This document shows positions 23,632 to 38,700 of a stretch of DNA of 64,000 bases, piece by piece (positions within the stretch are counted from its first letter, which is position 1; the number at the start of each line of letters is the position of its first letter). A program made the position numbers and the translations under genes. This DNA comes from Laetmonice hystrix (Eukaryota): positions 28,026,001 to 28,090,000 of the forward strand of contig OZ249436.1 in assembly GCA_965235115.1 (NCBI GenBank). Direction: 5' to 3'. Below the pieces are notes generated by a model, which saw nothing but the letters and a program-made list of their open reading frames with translations, made no database searches and was not told where the DNA came from.

Positions 23632-26600
23632 TTAAAATATCCAACAAAGAACGACTTTGTGTGATACCTTTTAAAATTATATTTCATGATTTATTCGATA
23701 TCGGTCATTTTAAACAACCTTTACTCTAATGAAAGTACATTCAAATGCTACTACTACTTGCCTGCTTGCATGTACTTACTTACTTATAATATTGTGGCGA
23801 ATATGTATCTGTGTATGTCATAATCGGTAAACAGACCTACCTTACTGCTAACCGAACATTCAATGGGAAGGAACTAGAGGTCGACATTCCGATATTGCTA
23901 TTGGTGTAATTCCTGCTGAGATTACCAGGAGAAGGAGAAGTAATCTGAAATTACCAGGAGAAGGAGAAGGAGGAGTAATCTGAAAACCTAAGGAGTATAT
24001 TGTATCCAAGGGAAGGAGTACTGACGCTATATCAACTGAATAATAGTTATCAAGGATCGAGTCATGATCTTACCTGGAAACAGCTGTCTTCCAATTGATG
24101 CGTGTGCATTTAGAAGTCAGATAGTACTGTGGTAAGTAATAATTAGGGTTGTGTGGGTGAGTGTCGTAGGTGAGTGCATGCTTGTGTGCGTGGGTTGTGC
24201 CTGTGCATTGAAATGTCAAAAAAAGGTTGACTGTAAGTATTCCAAAGAGAATTTGCCTAAAGGTTGCTCAACCACATCCTGTTTGACAGATAATATTCAC
24301 ATGGTTTAAACCCACATTCAGGTTCGATATTTGATTACAGGATAATTGGGATATTGACGGCTACTAATTGCTGGTCAGCTCCACAGAGGTATAAGTAAAG
24401 TTGGTGGAAAGGGGAAAATGTGGTTCTAACACCTCAGTTGGACTGATCATTGATTCGGGCTATAGAGATCTGGTAGGTCCATTACCGGTCTGCTGTAAGC
24501 TGACACAGAGAGTAGTGAGAAAACGCCTTAGTGTGTCCTTGTAAAATGTTTTTTTTAGTCCGAACCCGGCCTTGGCCAGACTCGGGGAAATGAAGACGGC
24601 AGTGTCAGCTGGTACCTTTTAGCTCAGACGTAAAGCCGAATGTGGCTTCGCTCGTACCTACTCCAAAGAAAGGGGAAATGCCTGGCCAACCGGTGGCTTC
24701 CAATGTGACCGCCCGGCTTCCTGATTGGCGAAGCCACGACGGTTCTGTATTCAGAGATATTCAACTAACCTGATAAAAATGGCATCGTCGATCTTACCAA
24801 TGCCACATAGTGTGCTGTATTAAGTGGGTCATTAAGAATAAGAAATGCTTTGTATGATAAAAATAGACCACTAACTGACGGCACGTTATGGACGCGATAC
24901 GTCATGGATAGAAACCCGCTATCGGTACGTAATGAATACGAAGGGTAACTCAAAAGCTACTATTACAAATGTAGTAACTGGACCTGGCAATTAAAGACAA
25001 AGACTTGGAATGTGCCACAGATGAAGATTAACCTCTCGGAGCTGACCTGGATCAGTGAATGTAAAAAGAATTTCTCTCACTTGCTGTGAAAATGTATTTA
25101 TGGAGCTGTATTAGACGATACTTTAGAAAATGACCGACACAAAGACAGTTCATTGAGGAGTTGCCTACGTTTCATTGTATATGAGACTACTGGCTCTATG
25201 TTCTTCTCCCTTGTGTTTGATGAATCAATCGGGTCTACGTTAATGAGTAATTATAGAAGAAAGTACACGTGTGAGGATGAGGACATATAGATATTATTGT
25301 ATTATGCGTGTGCATACATTATATGAACGAGTATATATGGGCGTACAATGCGTGCGAATATGTTGTATGTATATATGTATATTGTATGAATGTTATATGT
25401 ATACATGCATGTATATAATTAAGTATGCTGTACATGCTATGTGTGTTTTTTTTAGATTATAGACTCGCATTTCGGAAGGTAAAAGCACACTACTTGAGTG
25501 ATTCGAGTACTTGGAATCATAACTTGAAATACGATTCCAAAATTATTAATTGGTAACAATATTCTTTTTTGATTACCTCGCGTGACATCAGCACTTACAG
25601 CGTTGAGTGTACTTTAAACAGACAAGGACCTACTAATTACCACACCACTGTGGCATAATGCACTCCTGTGACAGACTTGTCTCGGTCAAGACTAAGTCTG
25701 AGAGACTACATTTTTGTTGTTGCTGATTTCGAAACACTGAATTTCATATTTACCTTGGCAGGTTGCTTATGCGCATATTTCAAGCTTTAATATTCACATT
25801 AAATATACCTTATATTCATCCAGGTCGAAATATGTAATATATCAGAGTGAATGCAAAACAACCGTGTATGAATTATACCCCAGCTTCCAATTATTGCCAC
25901 ATACAGTTCAGTAGATCTACGTGATGACGTTATGACGTAGTAACGTCCGCTCGACGCCGCTTATACCTTTCATTCCACCAAACGTTTACATTGACATCGG
26001 CCATGTATATGATCGCCTCACACGTCTGCCCTTACGTATTCCTACTGTACACATATCAAACGTTATACTCTATAGACCTCTAGATAAATCATGTAGCAGA
26101 ACGCCCTAGTGTTGTGACGTTGGCGCATTATTTCCTATAGTTTAATCAACTAGATATTGGGATTGATCAGATGGGTACTGTAGTAATAATCGTCTCCTAT
26201 AGCTTGTCTGATTGTCTGCTTTTCTACATGTGATAACAGAAGCAATCCAGAGACCCGTGGTGAGGTTCTTACTGAGCTCGTCCATTCTCTATAGGCGTGT
26301 CTGTCCAGCATGTTATAGGGTGAATGTTATTTTATGACAAAAGCAACTGTACTTGAATGAGGGGCTGAAATACTGTATCCTGTCAGAGACAGTTATACAT
26401 AGACGCATTGTGTCACATCAGATTGCAGAAATAAATTTGATAAAATCATCATGTTCATTGTTAAGTGTTGTTGGTGATTATACATGTTAGCTGCTGACAT
26501 AAAGCAATACCTTTTACAGTAGTTACTGAACAGCGCGTGGTGGGTCGAGGTGGATTGAGAATATTGGCTGGATGGTCTGTTTCCTTCGGCAGTCTTCATC

Positions 26601-29367
26601 AGTTGAGCTGTATAGCCATCAGAACTTAGATATTTGTCAGTCTTTTCATTTATTTATGGGCTTTTTTGAATATCGTACCATACTTTTATTATTGCTTTGG
26701 ATGAAATTTTCTAATTACAACCATTTTATTTAATGGGAAGAATTCCTGTCCAATTATACTACTATAATACTAAAGTATAAAAAGAGAGATATATTTCAGG
26801 TATAGCACCTGTTGAGGTAGGTTAGCACGACTGCCCGTCAGGCGCTCCAGACATTGTTTCCACGCAAGGTTTATGTAGTATTCCGCATTTAGAGTGACTT
26901 TCAGGCCTAAAAAATTGTCCAGAGAGTACCTGAGTTCTTTATGGTTACGTCTTTATTTATTGGAGTTTTTATTTATTTATTATCCACATGCAGCAGGAAC
27001 GCCCGCTGCATATACGGCCCGCATTCAGAATAGACATGGTGAGAATGAGTGGCGTTCCCAGTCCAGACGCTCGGGACAACAGGATCGTCCCTCCATCTTC
27101 ATAAAAAGATAATACCAACAGTAATCGGATACATACGTCTTGAAGGAAGAAAAGCGACATTAATGATTGAGTCTGAATGTCAGCCCCCTTTAAAAAAGAC
27201 ACTTCTCTTTTCTTCTGCGAATTGCATTCTCTTTGCCTGGGGAATACTAATTTGCACTGGGATCTGTTGAGACCCTTTGTCCCGCGTTGCACACCAATTA
27301 AACCAGAAAAATAACCCATTCGAAAAGACAGACACTTATTGCTTTCTCAGCTTCTGTACAGCTGTGACTGAAAATCATCATCACCGTTATCATAGACATC
27401 ATCATCAAGATTTGATTTAAACGTTTTTTCTAACAAGTACAGTGGGGTTTACAGTATATTATTTTACAGGTTTAGTGGACATTACACGCAGTTGTTACTG
27501 ATGGTCAATAGGTGAATAGTTACACGGCTCTTTCCAGAATGCCGCACATTTCTTATACAGAACTAGATATAGATAAATGTTTATAGGCCATAGCGATTCT
27601 GTTGTTGATATCACGACAGAGGCAATCGCTATCAAGAGGAAGCCAAAGAAGCCACGGTGTATAGTTAGTAGTGTTTGTCGGCCCAGATGTGGCTGTGTTG
27701 GTGATTTCTTCTTCTTCTCCCTCTTCTTCCTCTTCTTCCTTTTTTTATAAAAATTTCAGCTCGTACTGGAAATAATGGATGATGATGTAGCACTACCGAT
27801 GAGAGAATGGTCAAATGGTCTCTAAAAATAAACATTACGCAAATTCCTATTGATAAATAGATTTTTAAATAGGCACGTGTCCGAATAAATGTTCTAAATG
27901 TAATGAATGGGTAAAGATATGCATCGAATATGATCATCGTGTTTTAACTTCTGCTTAAATTTACTGCAAACACGTTTGTCGAATCATGTAATTACAAAAT
28001 TTGATGTTCAATTCAAAACAACTGCATTGGCCATGATACTGCCACTTATTTAGATCTCGACCTTCTGACCGAAACAAAGGTGGGAGATTTTTGTTTCAAC
28101 CGCCGGCGGTAATTGTAGAGAACGACAACGCTGCCACTACCGAGGCCGACGTGGTTTAGTAAGTTTAGGATGGTTAATTATAGGCTAACTATGGCAGGGC
28201 CTACCGCCCGCGACTACGAGCGCCCCCTAGGATGTCGTGACGTCACTTCAGTGACGGTTCGCTCGGCGTGCGTCAAGTACTCCCTGTGGACTATTTGGCA
28301 TACTGTACAATAACAGGAATTCTCACGTTCGAACGGCTGTGCTCTTCTTTCTGCTTCGTCCATGTTCCCAGAGCAGACAAGCCCTGAGGCTGACGTGACG
28401 GGCGTTTCAAATTCCACCGAGTTTTGTCTTACTGTTTCTGTAAACTTCAAGGCAGCGCGTGAGACGAAAGGTCGTCCTTTGTTGGCCTCTTTATCATCGT
28501 CCATCTTGGAGTCCATTTTCTGTATCAGGACTTGAAAGTGGACATTCGGTAAGGCTAAGCAAACTTACCCAGAAATATCGCGGATATAGATCTATACCGC
28601 CACTAGGATTTCTTTATTTCACCCGCATATAGATACCATTCAATCAGATGTGTATGAAAGTCTAATCTATTCAGAATAACAGATCGAATTATTTGGTATA
28701 TAGACATAATTTTGTTCAATTTGCGCTTTTTTCCATTATTGTTGGAAATTAGTCTGAGATTCTAATTTAGAATACATAAAGCGCTTTGTGTGCGTATAGT
28801 TGAGTAGAGTTGGAGCTGAGAAACATCTAATTCACATAACCAGTGTGCAGTTTCGATGTCTTGAGACACGCGGCAAATATTGGAATTTTGGAAAAAAATT
28901 AATATTGGAAAGTCTACCCACCTCCTCCATCAAGGACAGTAAAGAGGTTCAGCATTCATGACTTTAAAAAAACGATACGCAGCAGCTGTTGTGATCTAAT
29001 ATCGTCGATACGCAGCAGCTGTTGTGATCTAATATCGTTGATCACCTTGTTTCAGCCAGCAGATCATTATTGTATAAAAAGAAACGAATTCAATTTTATT
29101 TTCTCATAATCCTAGGTTTCCCCGTAAAAATGATTAGTTGAGAAAATGAATTTGGCGTGTAGACATATGTCAGTCTTGTCACCTAATATAGCTTCCCATC
29201 AAATAAATCAAATAAATAAACTAAATCACGAAAAGAAATCCAAGTAGGCCTAAATTAGTGTTCTATATTCGAGGTGAAAATCAGAATGTCTATAATGGAT
29301 GATGATGTAGCACTACCGATGAGAGAATGGTCACATGGTCTCTAAAAATAAACATTACGCAAATTCC

Positions 29368-29650
29368 TATTGATAGAGAGACCTATTACCGTAATATCGT
29401 ATTGATAGAGAGACCTATTACCGTAATATCGTATTGAAAGAGAGACCTCTTACCGTATTATCGTATTGATAGAGACATATTACCGTAATATCGTATTGAT
29501 AGAGAGACCTATACCGTAATATCGTATTGATACAGAGACCTATTACCGTAATATCGTATTGATACAGAGACCTATTACCGTATTGATAAGGAGACCTATT
29601 ACCGTAATATCGTATTGATAGAGAGATCTATTACCGTAATATCGTATTGA
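29368..29650. repeat. ~32-bp minisatellite (TATTGATAGAGAGACCTATTACCGTAATATCG), ~9 copies
   Basis: Direct reading; some units carry small deletions. Confidence 0.9.
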
Positions 29651-32600
29651 GAAACATGATAATGAGGATAAAGGCCTATACCGTCTACTTTTAAAGTCAA
29701 TGTCATTAATTTATTAAAGGAAGAATTACCGCCAAGTAGAGTAAAGGTGCAGTCAGTGTCTCTTGCTATTCACACAATAAACATGCAAACAGACCTATAG
29801 CCGTGTTTGATCAAGATACCGTTGGCAGGAGGCGAGGGGCGATAGGTTCATCCTTTTTATACACTGGTGTAAACTACAATGTTAAAACTCTGGTTAAAAG
29901 CACCTTATAAATGAATGTGCCATATCTAGTTTATGTCCAGTATTTCAGTGGAGCAGTTGAGCATAACGTCATGGTTGGTTCCAGCAGGGTGAAAATAAAG
30001 TGAACTGACAACCGAATCCAGTTAGATGTCTTCATTTTTAAATTTGAAACTTCAAATATATTTATGTACGCCTCATCGGAAAATCTGGGGTTGGCCAGCG
30101 AATGAAGTGCACAATTCTGTGGGCAGACTTCACTCAGCCGGAGCGCACAAAACAATGTAAAAACACACACAAACGACCCAGTACGTCATCGATTACCGCG
30201 GCCTATGACTCCTGTGAAAGCTGATGAAATTAGTTTTCCTCGCTTTTTATGCTCATTCCTAAGTTTCTTGGCCTATATTGATAATCTGATAACTGCGATG
30301 TGTCAGACATCGTGATAAAGATACTAGTATTATAAGATGATCTGTAACGATTGATATGTCGGCTGAATCAGATTGGTTGATATAGCCTGCAGGTGCCAGG
30401 TGTGCACTTGTAAACTGTGTAGGGGCGCCTCCCGGACTTGAAGTTTTCTCCGCCCGATCTCCTAGCACAGCCGGGGGTGGGTGAGGAGGGGCCGGGGGTT
30501 TTTACCATGGGCTTACAGGCACGAAAGATGGGATGACCTTAAGGATTATAGCTAATAATTTTTTCAAGAGCAACATTATGGACATATTATGTGAAGAACC
30601 CCGTGGGGGTAACTGTCTGTAATTGCTAGGACGCCTACGCAGATGCACTCAGAGATGGAAAATTTATGGGTCAACCCCATCTATAGGCCTACACTTAAAG
30701 GGATATTACACAGCAAAAATTTTACACACATTCTCAACCAATTAATCGAAACTAGGTATAGATATAGTCCACCGAAAAAGGAACGACATCAGAAACCATT
30801 AAGGTTGTGGAGATAATACAAATGTGTAATTTCGTTCGAAATGAGCAAATAAAATTACTTGTTCATTGGAAAAGGTGGTAATAACTGTTGTAAGAGTAAT
30901 GATAAAACAGAGATTTGCATGGAGATTATTCCTCTGTAGCCGGACAGGTCAAGATGCTCGGGGTGAGGCATGACGTGGCATTATGAGTGAGGGTACCTAA
31001 CGTTAATGTGGGTGTTTGACTCCACAATCTATGGCCATGGACCAATGCCTTAAGAGCAAGGACATTGATACATCATCCCTATTATACGGGAGAATCCCTC
31101 TCCCCTCGGCGTCATACCTGGCAGCAATATTGGTCACTATCAGCAGTAGGTCATTTCAATGGAACAGCCAGCATTACGGAGGAATGCCCTGAATTATTTT
31201 CCCGGTCCAATGGCCGTGCTGACTATGCTGGTTGTTCCATTGAAATGACTTACTTCTGACAGTGGAGTATTGGACCTAGACAATTTCTCCCAGGTATGAC
31301 ACCAAGGCCTCCCATATAGAGGCCTACCTCTTTGAAAACAAAAATACAGACCTCTTCCCGCCCCCTTCACTCTTCATGCATCTCAAGTGTCCTTATTTTG
31401 TTTGACCTTCAAGGCCGAAGGAGAAGAGATCAAATTTTATATGTAGCGACAGCTTTCGGTGTCGTGCCGTATTCATGTGCCAGGCAAATCGTTCCATACT
31501 TTCGCGTCGTGAAAGAACCTACCTATGCACGGTTTGTACCTGTTTGTATGTAGGCATAGGCCTAGAGTATAGTTGCTACCAGCCGTGATTCCTAAATGGG
31601 TTAGAGAAGTCAGCCGGCGGGTCCCTGCTCCAGTACCCTTGGCATCTACAACATGGGTCTCCAGATGGTCAGCCCATGTGTGGAGCCATTCCTGGATCAG
31701 ATCTATCTGATGCAGGCAGATATGGGTTGTAAAGAACCGTTCACGCTGTCGTCACTACGATACCCCGTGCTGTAGCGTATTTAGAGTCTAAATACCTACA
31801 TAAAGCGCGAATTCGCACCGCAATATGCACGGAAGTCGGGGAATCTGGATCTCCAGTGACAACCCGATTTCTAAAACGTCTGGCTATACACGGCATGTGG
31901 AAAAGAAAGACACGCGAAGGACTCTACATTTCTATGAGAGAGCTGCTTTTTTCATCACCTTTTTGTGCGTGGCTGATCCCGTCAGCTTACGAGGCAATGC
32001 ATACAAGAATCGTGTGGCATATGACCTGTGCCTGGTGGTGGGCGACCGTATTTCGGATATCCCATGGCGGTGGGGGCGGTTGTAGCAACGTGTATACCAC
32101 GCCCCTTCCCCAGGCTAGGGAAACTCCCCACCTCAAAGCACCAACACATTGCTCTTAGCTGCCTTGGCGCCGAGTCGCTCCCATCGTGAATGCAGAATTT
32201 AGAACAATACACCATTCTCACCCAAAGTTTCACCGGGGACGTCAATGGCTTGAAACCACGTGGAATTTCCTCATTCCAGTTGAGCGAACAAAAGTGCGGT
32301 GGAATTAGAAAGTGATATTTATAAAACCGGTTGTTTTACCAGCTTAATGACACATGCAATGCGCCTACGGTTTTGTAGTTGGCTTGGTTGGAAAAGCTAT
32401 CGTGGCATTCTGCTTCAGGCTAGAAATGACATGAAATCGGATTTCTTAGAAAGGGACAGGATTCTACAGAAAAAGCCCGAGTGTCTCGGCGCGTGACCCT
32501 GTCTCAAAGGCAACTACCTCCATGGACTTCAAACGCGGAGACATTGTCAAACGCTTGAAGACGTCAACGTAATTATTTCACAGGCACACTGCTATTTGAC

Positions 32601-33679
32601 ACTTTAGTAAAACTCCCATTTGAGCGAGGTTTTCAAGAGTAATTTTTCCCTGCGCGATGTCTGGAAATCGTAGCTAACCCAGCCTTGGCTCTTACAGCGA
32701 AAGACCTAGCATAATGGTCTTATTTGTATTTGAGAAATATCTACGTCTAACCATAATAATTTGTTGATTTAAACGACGCTCTACTATCTTCCTGTTTTTC
32801 CTGCGGGCTCTGCCCACGCAGTTCTTTTGATTAGTTCCAGATAATGGCGCAATAAAAAATCAGAGGGCAAACAGACAGATAAAGAAACACGGGGGAACAT
32901 TCATGATTGCTTTATCATACACAACAGGTCAGTGATACAGAGATATTCCATTACAATGACCGACCGTATACAGGGAATATTAAAAGTAAATCATTAAAAT
33001 AATGTTGTCGTTTACTTTATACATAATAACGCTCGACACTGGGCATGCAAAACAAATACATTATCAATACGAAATATATCGGTGGCCTTCAAGACGAGTC
33101 CTTACTCACAGAGGTTGCATTGACATAAATTATACTCAGATTTAATATACCACATCTCGGGTATCAGGTTTTCCTCATTTTAATATCTAATATCTAATCT
33201 TCCATCAGTATGATGTGGCCAGTTTAGCCACGTGTTTTACAACCATGTTTAGTTTCATCGGGAGGCGGCTAAGATTTCTTCATGCACTGACAGTTTCAAA
33301 ATTAAATCTGTAGAAAAACACATCCATTCAATATGCATTAAACATGTACTTCAATAAATAATGTAAAATGCAAAATGATGATCAACTTCTATAAAAGGAA
33401 CTACTATGTGAAATGTGATCATTCAGTCAGATTAATATCGATATAAAATATAACGTTAACTACATTTGAGTAAAAATCCTTGACAGAGCTTCAACTACGT
33501 GACACTATGAGTATGTATATGCTACATATAACAAGAAAACATAATTAATTAATTAATTAATTAATTAAAGCATGCCAATGACCGGTTAATAATCTGGACG
33601 GAATCCTAATCTCTTGTCTACACCGGCTCACCGTTTCCCACTTTCATAGGAAATTTTCTCCTTGATGTTTTTTTTAAAC

Positions 33680-34612
33680 TAACTCCACCAACCACTTCAT
33701 TCTGTAGGTTTACACTATCGTCTTACAGCAGAGCGGGCGGTATGATAACCAACTCCACCATCCACTTCATTCTGTAGGTTAACACTATTGTCTGACAGCA
33801 GAGCGTGCGGTATGATAAAACCAACTCCACCATCCACTTCATTCTGTAGGTTAACACTATTGTCTGACAGCAGAGCGTGCGGTATGATAAAACCAACTCC
33901 ACCAACCACTTCATTCTGTAGGTTTACACTATTGTCTTACAGCAGAGCGTGCGGTATGATAAAACCAACTTCACCATCCACTTTATTCTGTAGGTTTACA
34001 CTATTGTCTGACAGCAAAGCGTGCGGTATGATAAAACCAACTCCACCATCCACTTCATTCTGTAGGTTAACACTATTGTCTGACAGCAGAGCGTGCGGTA
34101 TGATAAAACCAACTCCACAATCCACTTCATTTTGTAGGTTTACACTATTGCCTGACAGCAGAGCGTGCGGTATGATGAAACCAACTCCACCATCCACTTC
34201 ATTCTGTAGGTTTACACTATTGTCTTACAGCAGAGCGTGCGGTATGATAAAACCAACTCCACCAACCACTTCATTCTGTAGGTTTACACTATTGTCTTAC
34301 AGCAGAGCGGGCGGTATGATAACCAACTCCACCATCCACTTCATTCTGTAGGTTTACACTATTGTCTGACAGCAGAGCGTGCGGTATGATAAAACCAACT
34401 TCACCATCCACTTTATTCTGTAGGTTTACACTATTGTCTGACAGCAGAGCGTGCGGTATGATAAAACCAACTCCACCATCCACTTCATTCTGTAGGTTTA
34501 CACTATTGTCTGACAGCAGAGCGTGCGGTATGATGAAACCAACTCCACCAACCACTTCATTCTGTAGGTTTACACTATTGTCTGACAGCAGAGCGGGCGG
34601 TATGATGAAACC
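33680..34612. repeat. 72-bp minisatellite, ~13 copies
   Basis: Unit AACTCCACCATCCACTTCATTCTGTAGGTTTACACTATTGTCTGACAGCAGAGCGTGCGGTATGATAAAACC; produces the 24-aa periodic ORFs. Confidence 0.95.
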
Positions 34613-35760
34613 ACAGCTCGAGTCAGCCAACCCTTTCCCTCTACAGATCTACACGTTATGTCTGAACATGGCTGTCTCCACTGTACAGTGCAACATTGCG
34701 CTTCGTCAGAACAAATAGCACCAATCGTGAAAAAAATGGGCTGCGAACCGAATATCGCGGACCTAGTGGATATATCCATACAACTACAGGAAATTAGAAA
34801 TAACGCTTTACGCCCAACTGCTATTCCGTCGACAAATAGCGACACAAATACCACGCGGCAAGATGCGATTTGAATATGTGAACACATAACGGGCGGGGAA
34901 ACGTCACGTGCGGGGTAACTACAGAGTAGCTCCCCTACTGCCCTCTGAGATAGTTTTGCAGCAATTACGGCCCGAATATTTTGGTTCGACCTGCCCCATT
35001 TCTCCTGTATCTTTTGCACTGAGATTGAATCCGACGTGGGTGTTCTATGTAAAAACGTGCGCACAGACTGTTCAGTTTCTCACGCGTACCGACTGTGTAC
35101 ATACATTTTGTCCTCTCGTCAAAAAAAAACTATTCCGATATTTCTAAACATTCCGCCGAGTGGCCTGCAGCGATATGGGCCGTTTTCAATGCCAACAAGC
35201 TATTGAGGCAGCGTTTTCTTAGCTGTGCACGTGCGTGAAATGTAGAGGGTCCCGCCTCGATAAGCAAGTTGTGGTACTACGAAACGTGCACAACTATTCA
35301 ATAACCTGAACGTGCTAAACAAGATATACCATCTCAAATATGGAGGGCATTTTGGATTTTTAAAAAATTCTGCTTGAACCTTTGCATTTTACCACTTTCT
35401 TAGTACCCTAAGGTAGGCCTACTGCTAGAAGATCTAGACGCATAAAAATATCCTTCTCTAGACTCGGACTCTTGAAATAGGTAATCTGTACGACATATAA
35501 AAGTAATACTTTCGTTGAGTAGTGTAGCATATCCTGTGCTTTCATGCAAGATTATATCATGACCCTATTACTCGGCATATATCACGATGATCTGAAGTCA
35601 TTGAAACAAGCCACAAGTTGGGCTTATCTCTACCACGTATCCGAATCATTGTTGCTTAGAATAAATAGTTATTAATTCTCTTCTAAAATATACCTTCCCT
35701 GGATCAGTTAGACGTCTTGGGTCTATAACATTTTTCTAAAAAGAAAAACCGTTATAGTCT

Positions 35761-38700
35761 TTATAAATGCGTATCTGCGATTGAAATTCGCCTCATTTCG
35801 TAGTTCGCCTCCGTTGCATCTGGTATCTCATTCGGGTTGGGCGGGTGGCTCATTTCGCTCGGGGTGAAGCCACCACCTGTTTTGAGCGCGAAGATGAGCT
35901 CGTCGAAGTCCTGTGAGTCGTGGTCCTCCACAGCGCGATGGGAGGGGGGCTTCGTCTCGACGTACGGCGGTGACGGGACCACGTAGACACTGCCGTTCAC
36001 TTGGGACCTTTTCACGCGTAGATTGTTGTTTACCGGGGAAATAGATTCGTGCTCCCAGGCCTATTAACAAACAACGACATGGTTAAAGATTGGTTGTTTG
36101 TTAATTTATGTAAATGGTGGCGTTGTTAGGGCGCCACCAATGGTATAAATGCAAAATGAATGCCGGTACACCTTAAAAACCAATTTCAATTTTTGTGCTT
36201 TAGTGTTGTTTTGAATGAAGTACATGCTCTACGGACACAGTGATATCTCACAGGTAATCGACAGCCAGTGTCTTGATAAGCGCAGAAAGCGCACATAGGT
36301 CCTACACATTTTAACATCATAAGATTTGTCCTAGTATAGTTTCGTTCCATTAAACCTTGAATCCCAAACTCTCAATATACACAATAATCCCCCCAAACAA
36401 GGCCCTATTTTTAATGGCTGTGCTCAAACCACCACACTTAGTGTCGCAGTCTGAATGCTCTAATTAAAGGTACCCCCAGTGTAAAGTAAGAAGCAAAACG
36501 TTGCTTTGGTAAGCGGCGACGTGACGGGACCGCCACCACCGTCTTGACGTACGTCATTAACGAGTGACGCCCGCGAGCCTTTGATGCTGCCGACGCCGAC
36601 AGAGGGCAGCACTGCTGGCGGGTATTTGAAGTCGTCAGCCTCGCTTGCGCTGTAGTTGATGGCGTACGTCGCCTTCTGTGGCCGGAAGCACGGCAGACAG
36701 GGATTTCTTAACACTGCGTACACCACCAGCGCATAGAGGCCCTGAAGATGATCATACAGTATTAAACAAACCTAGGACCGCAGGTAGACGACCGAATGAC
36801 AACTGAAACATGTCTTGTCATGGAACTATCGACTGATTAAAGTATGAACTTAACCAGCTCCTACTTCAATTTAATTACAAGGTGTGAATTACTCATTATG
36901 GACATAATATAATATATCATATTATATGATGACCGCGTATACATAAATCATATAGCAACGGAAACCTAGAGAACTTTACTATTATAATATTATGCATGGA
37001 CAATTCCTTTCATAACAAATTTCACATTCTGATCATAGTGATGATAAAACTCAAACACATGGATAAGAATTTAAAGTAATATCCTTCTAATCAAGAGCAG
37101 CATTAAATGACGACTGGGCCCTTTGGACACTAACCACTGCGACGTTAAAGATGCAGAAGAGTATAAGCATCCAGAGTTGGCTGTAGGCCATGTGAAGCCC
37201 ACCCCACAGCCACGTTAGGATCACCAGTGCCCACAATCCCAGCATAGTGCGGATTTCTGTGTAGAAAGTAAAACACAGACTTTACATTCCTTCTTGAACG
37301 TAAACACAATTCACAATTTCATTAACACTCCTCGCTTAAACGATATCTGCCTTTGATTATATTTGAGACTATATCCGTCTTCCGTATAGGGATGATTACA
37401 TACGATAAAGTGTTGACGTGAAAAGATCTATGTAAATCCAGCCTGAAGCGTTGGTCTAACAGGCCCGGCCCAATACACTTTCATTATACGACACAAGCGG
37501 AACCCCTCCGTTAAATCTTACATTTGCGCGCCAACAGAAATGGGTGTTTGTTTGAAAAGGGGGCGCCAGTATTGTTTCCACCAGTATCTACTTTCAGCGT
37601 GAAAAATTCATTAGCGTTACCGTGAATATTGTATCGAGAGCGATAGATGTCGTCATAGGCCTGCCACTGGGGGCTGAGCTGGAAGGCTTGGATGAAGACA
37701 ATACCGACCACCATCAGACATACGAGAGCTGGGACCACCACTCCTCCCAGCGCAGCGTAGCCGTTCACAATGAAACATCTGTCAAAGCAGGTGGAAACCA
37801 ACCTTTGTTATCCCGATCGTTTTACATCTGCACTCCTGCATGCATGCTCCAATCTTATAATAGGGTAATATTACCTAATTGCAAGTGATTTTATTTTTTA
37901 TTTATTTTTATTAATGAAGATACTTAAATGTAGGTTTAAATACGGGACTCATATTTGACGAATCATACAGAAATGTAAAGGTAGCCTGAAGTTGATGGTC
38001 TTTATGATTATTTTTAAACCTTATAATGATACTAAATTCACAAGACAACCTTAAATTTTACTACGACCAGGCCACGCGAAAATCTAAACAGTCCTTCCAA
38101 TACTGGCAGCAAATTCTTATCTAAATGATATTCATTACACACAAAATTTAATATTGGACTAATTGGGAGCCACTTTTTCAGAACCGAGGATCTGCCGAAC
38201 CAAAGATACATCCAATGCCTCGAGCAAATTGAAACCGAGTCTTCACACGCTTTTTTCACAACTAAAACATTAATTTTTAATTATAAAAACATTTGCCTCC
38301 CACCAATTCCCCCAATTAAAAGTCAATTCCCGTACTTTTCCAAATCAGCGCCAATCTCCGAGCTGACATTATTACATTACCGTGTATATAAGAAATATCC
38401 TAGAAATGACGGACGCTTCCTGAACTACGGAAGTGCGATAGAGGAAGAGAATTCCTAGAAACTACTTACATGTCTTCACTATTGTTGACGTCTCCATAGA
38501 AACGGTCGGGCGGCAGATCCGTAGCGTAACGGTAGATTACGTATGTGAGTACACAGAAGAGGAATACGGTCAGACCCGGTATACCTGGAAACGGTACGCA
38601 ATGCTACATTCTCACGTATGTGAGTACACAGAAGAGGAATACGGTCAGACCCGGTATACCTGGAAACGGTACGCAGTGCTACATTCTCACGTATGTGAGT

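Noticed and set aside
24597..24616. miR-34-like GGCAGTGTCAGCTGGT
   Set aside because: Deleted relative to mature miR-34 and no supporting precursor hairpin seen.
33715..34718. Periodic ORFs (24-aa repeats) and CRISPR-like appearance
   Set aside because: Pure tandem 72-mers with no unique spacers, in eukaryotic DNA; the ORFs arise because the unit length is divisible by 3.
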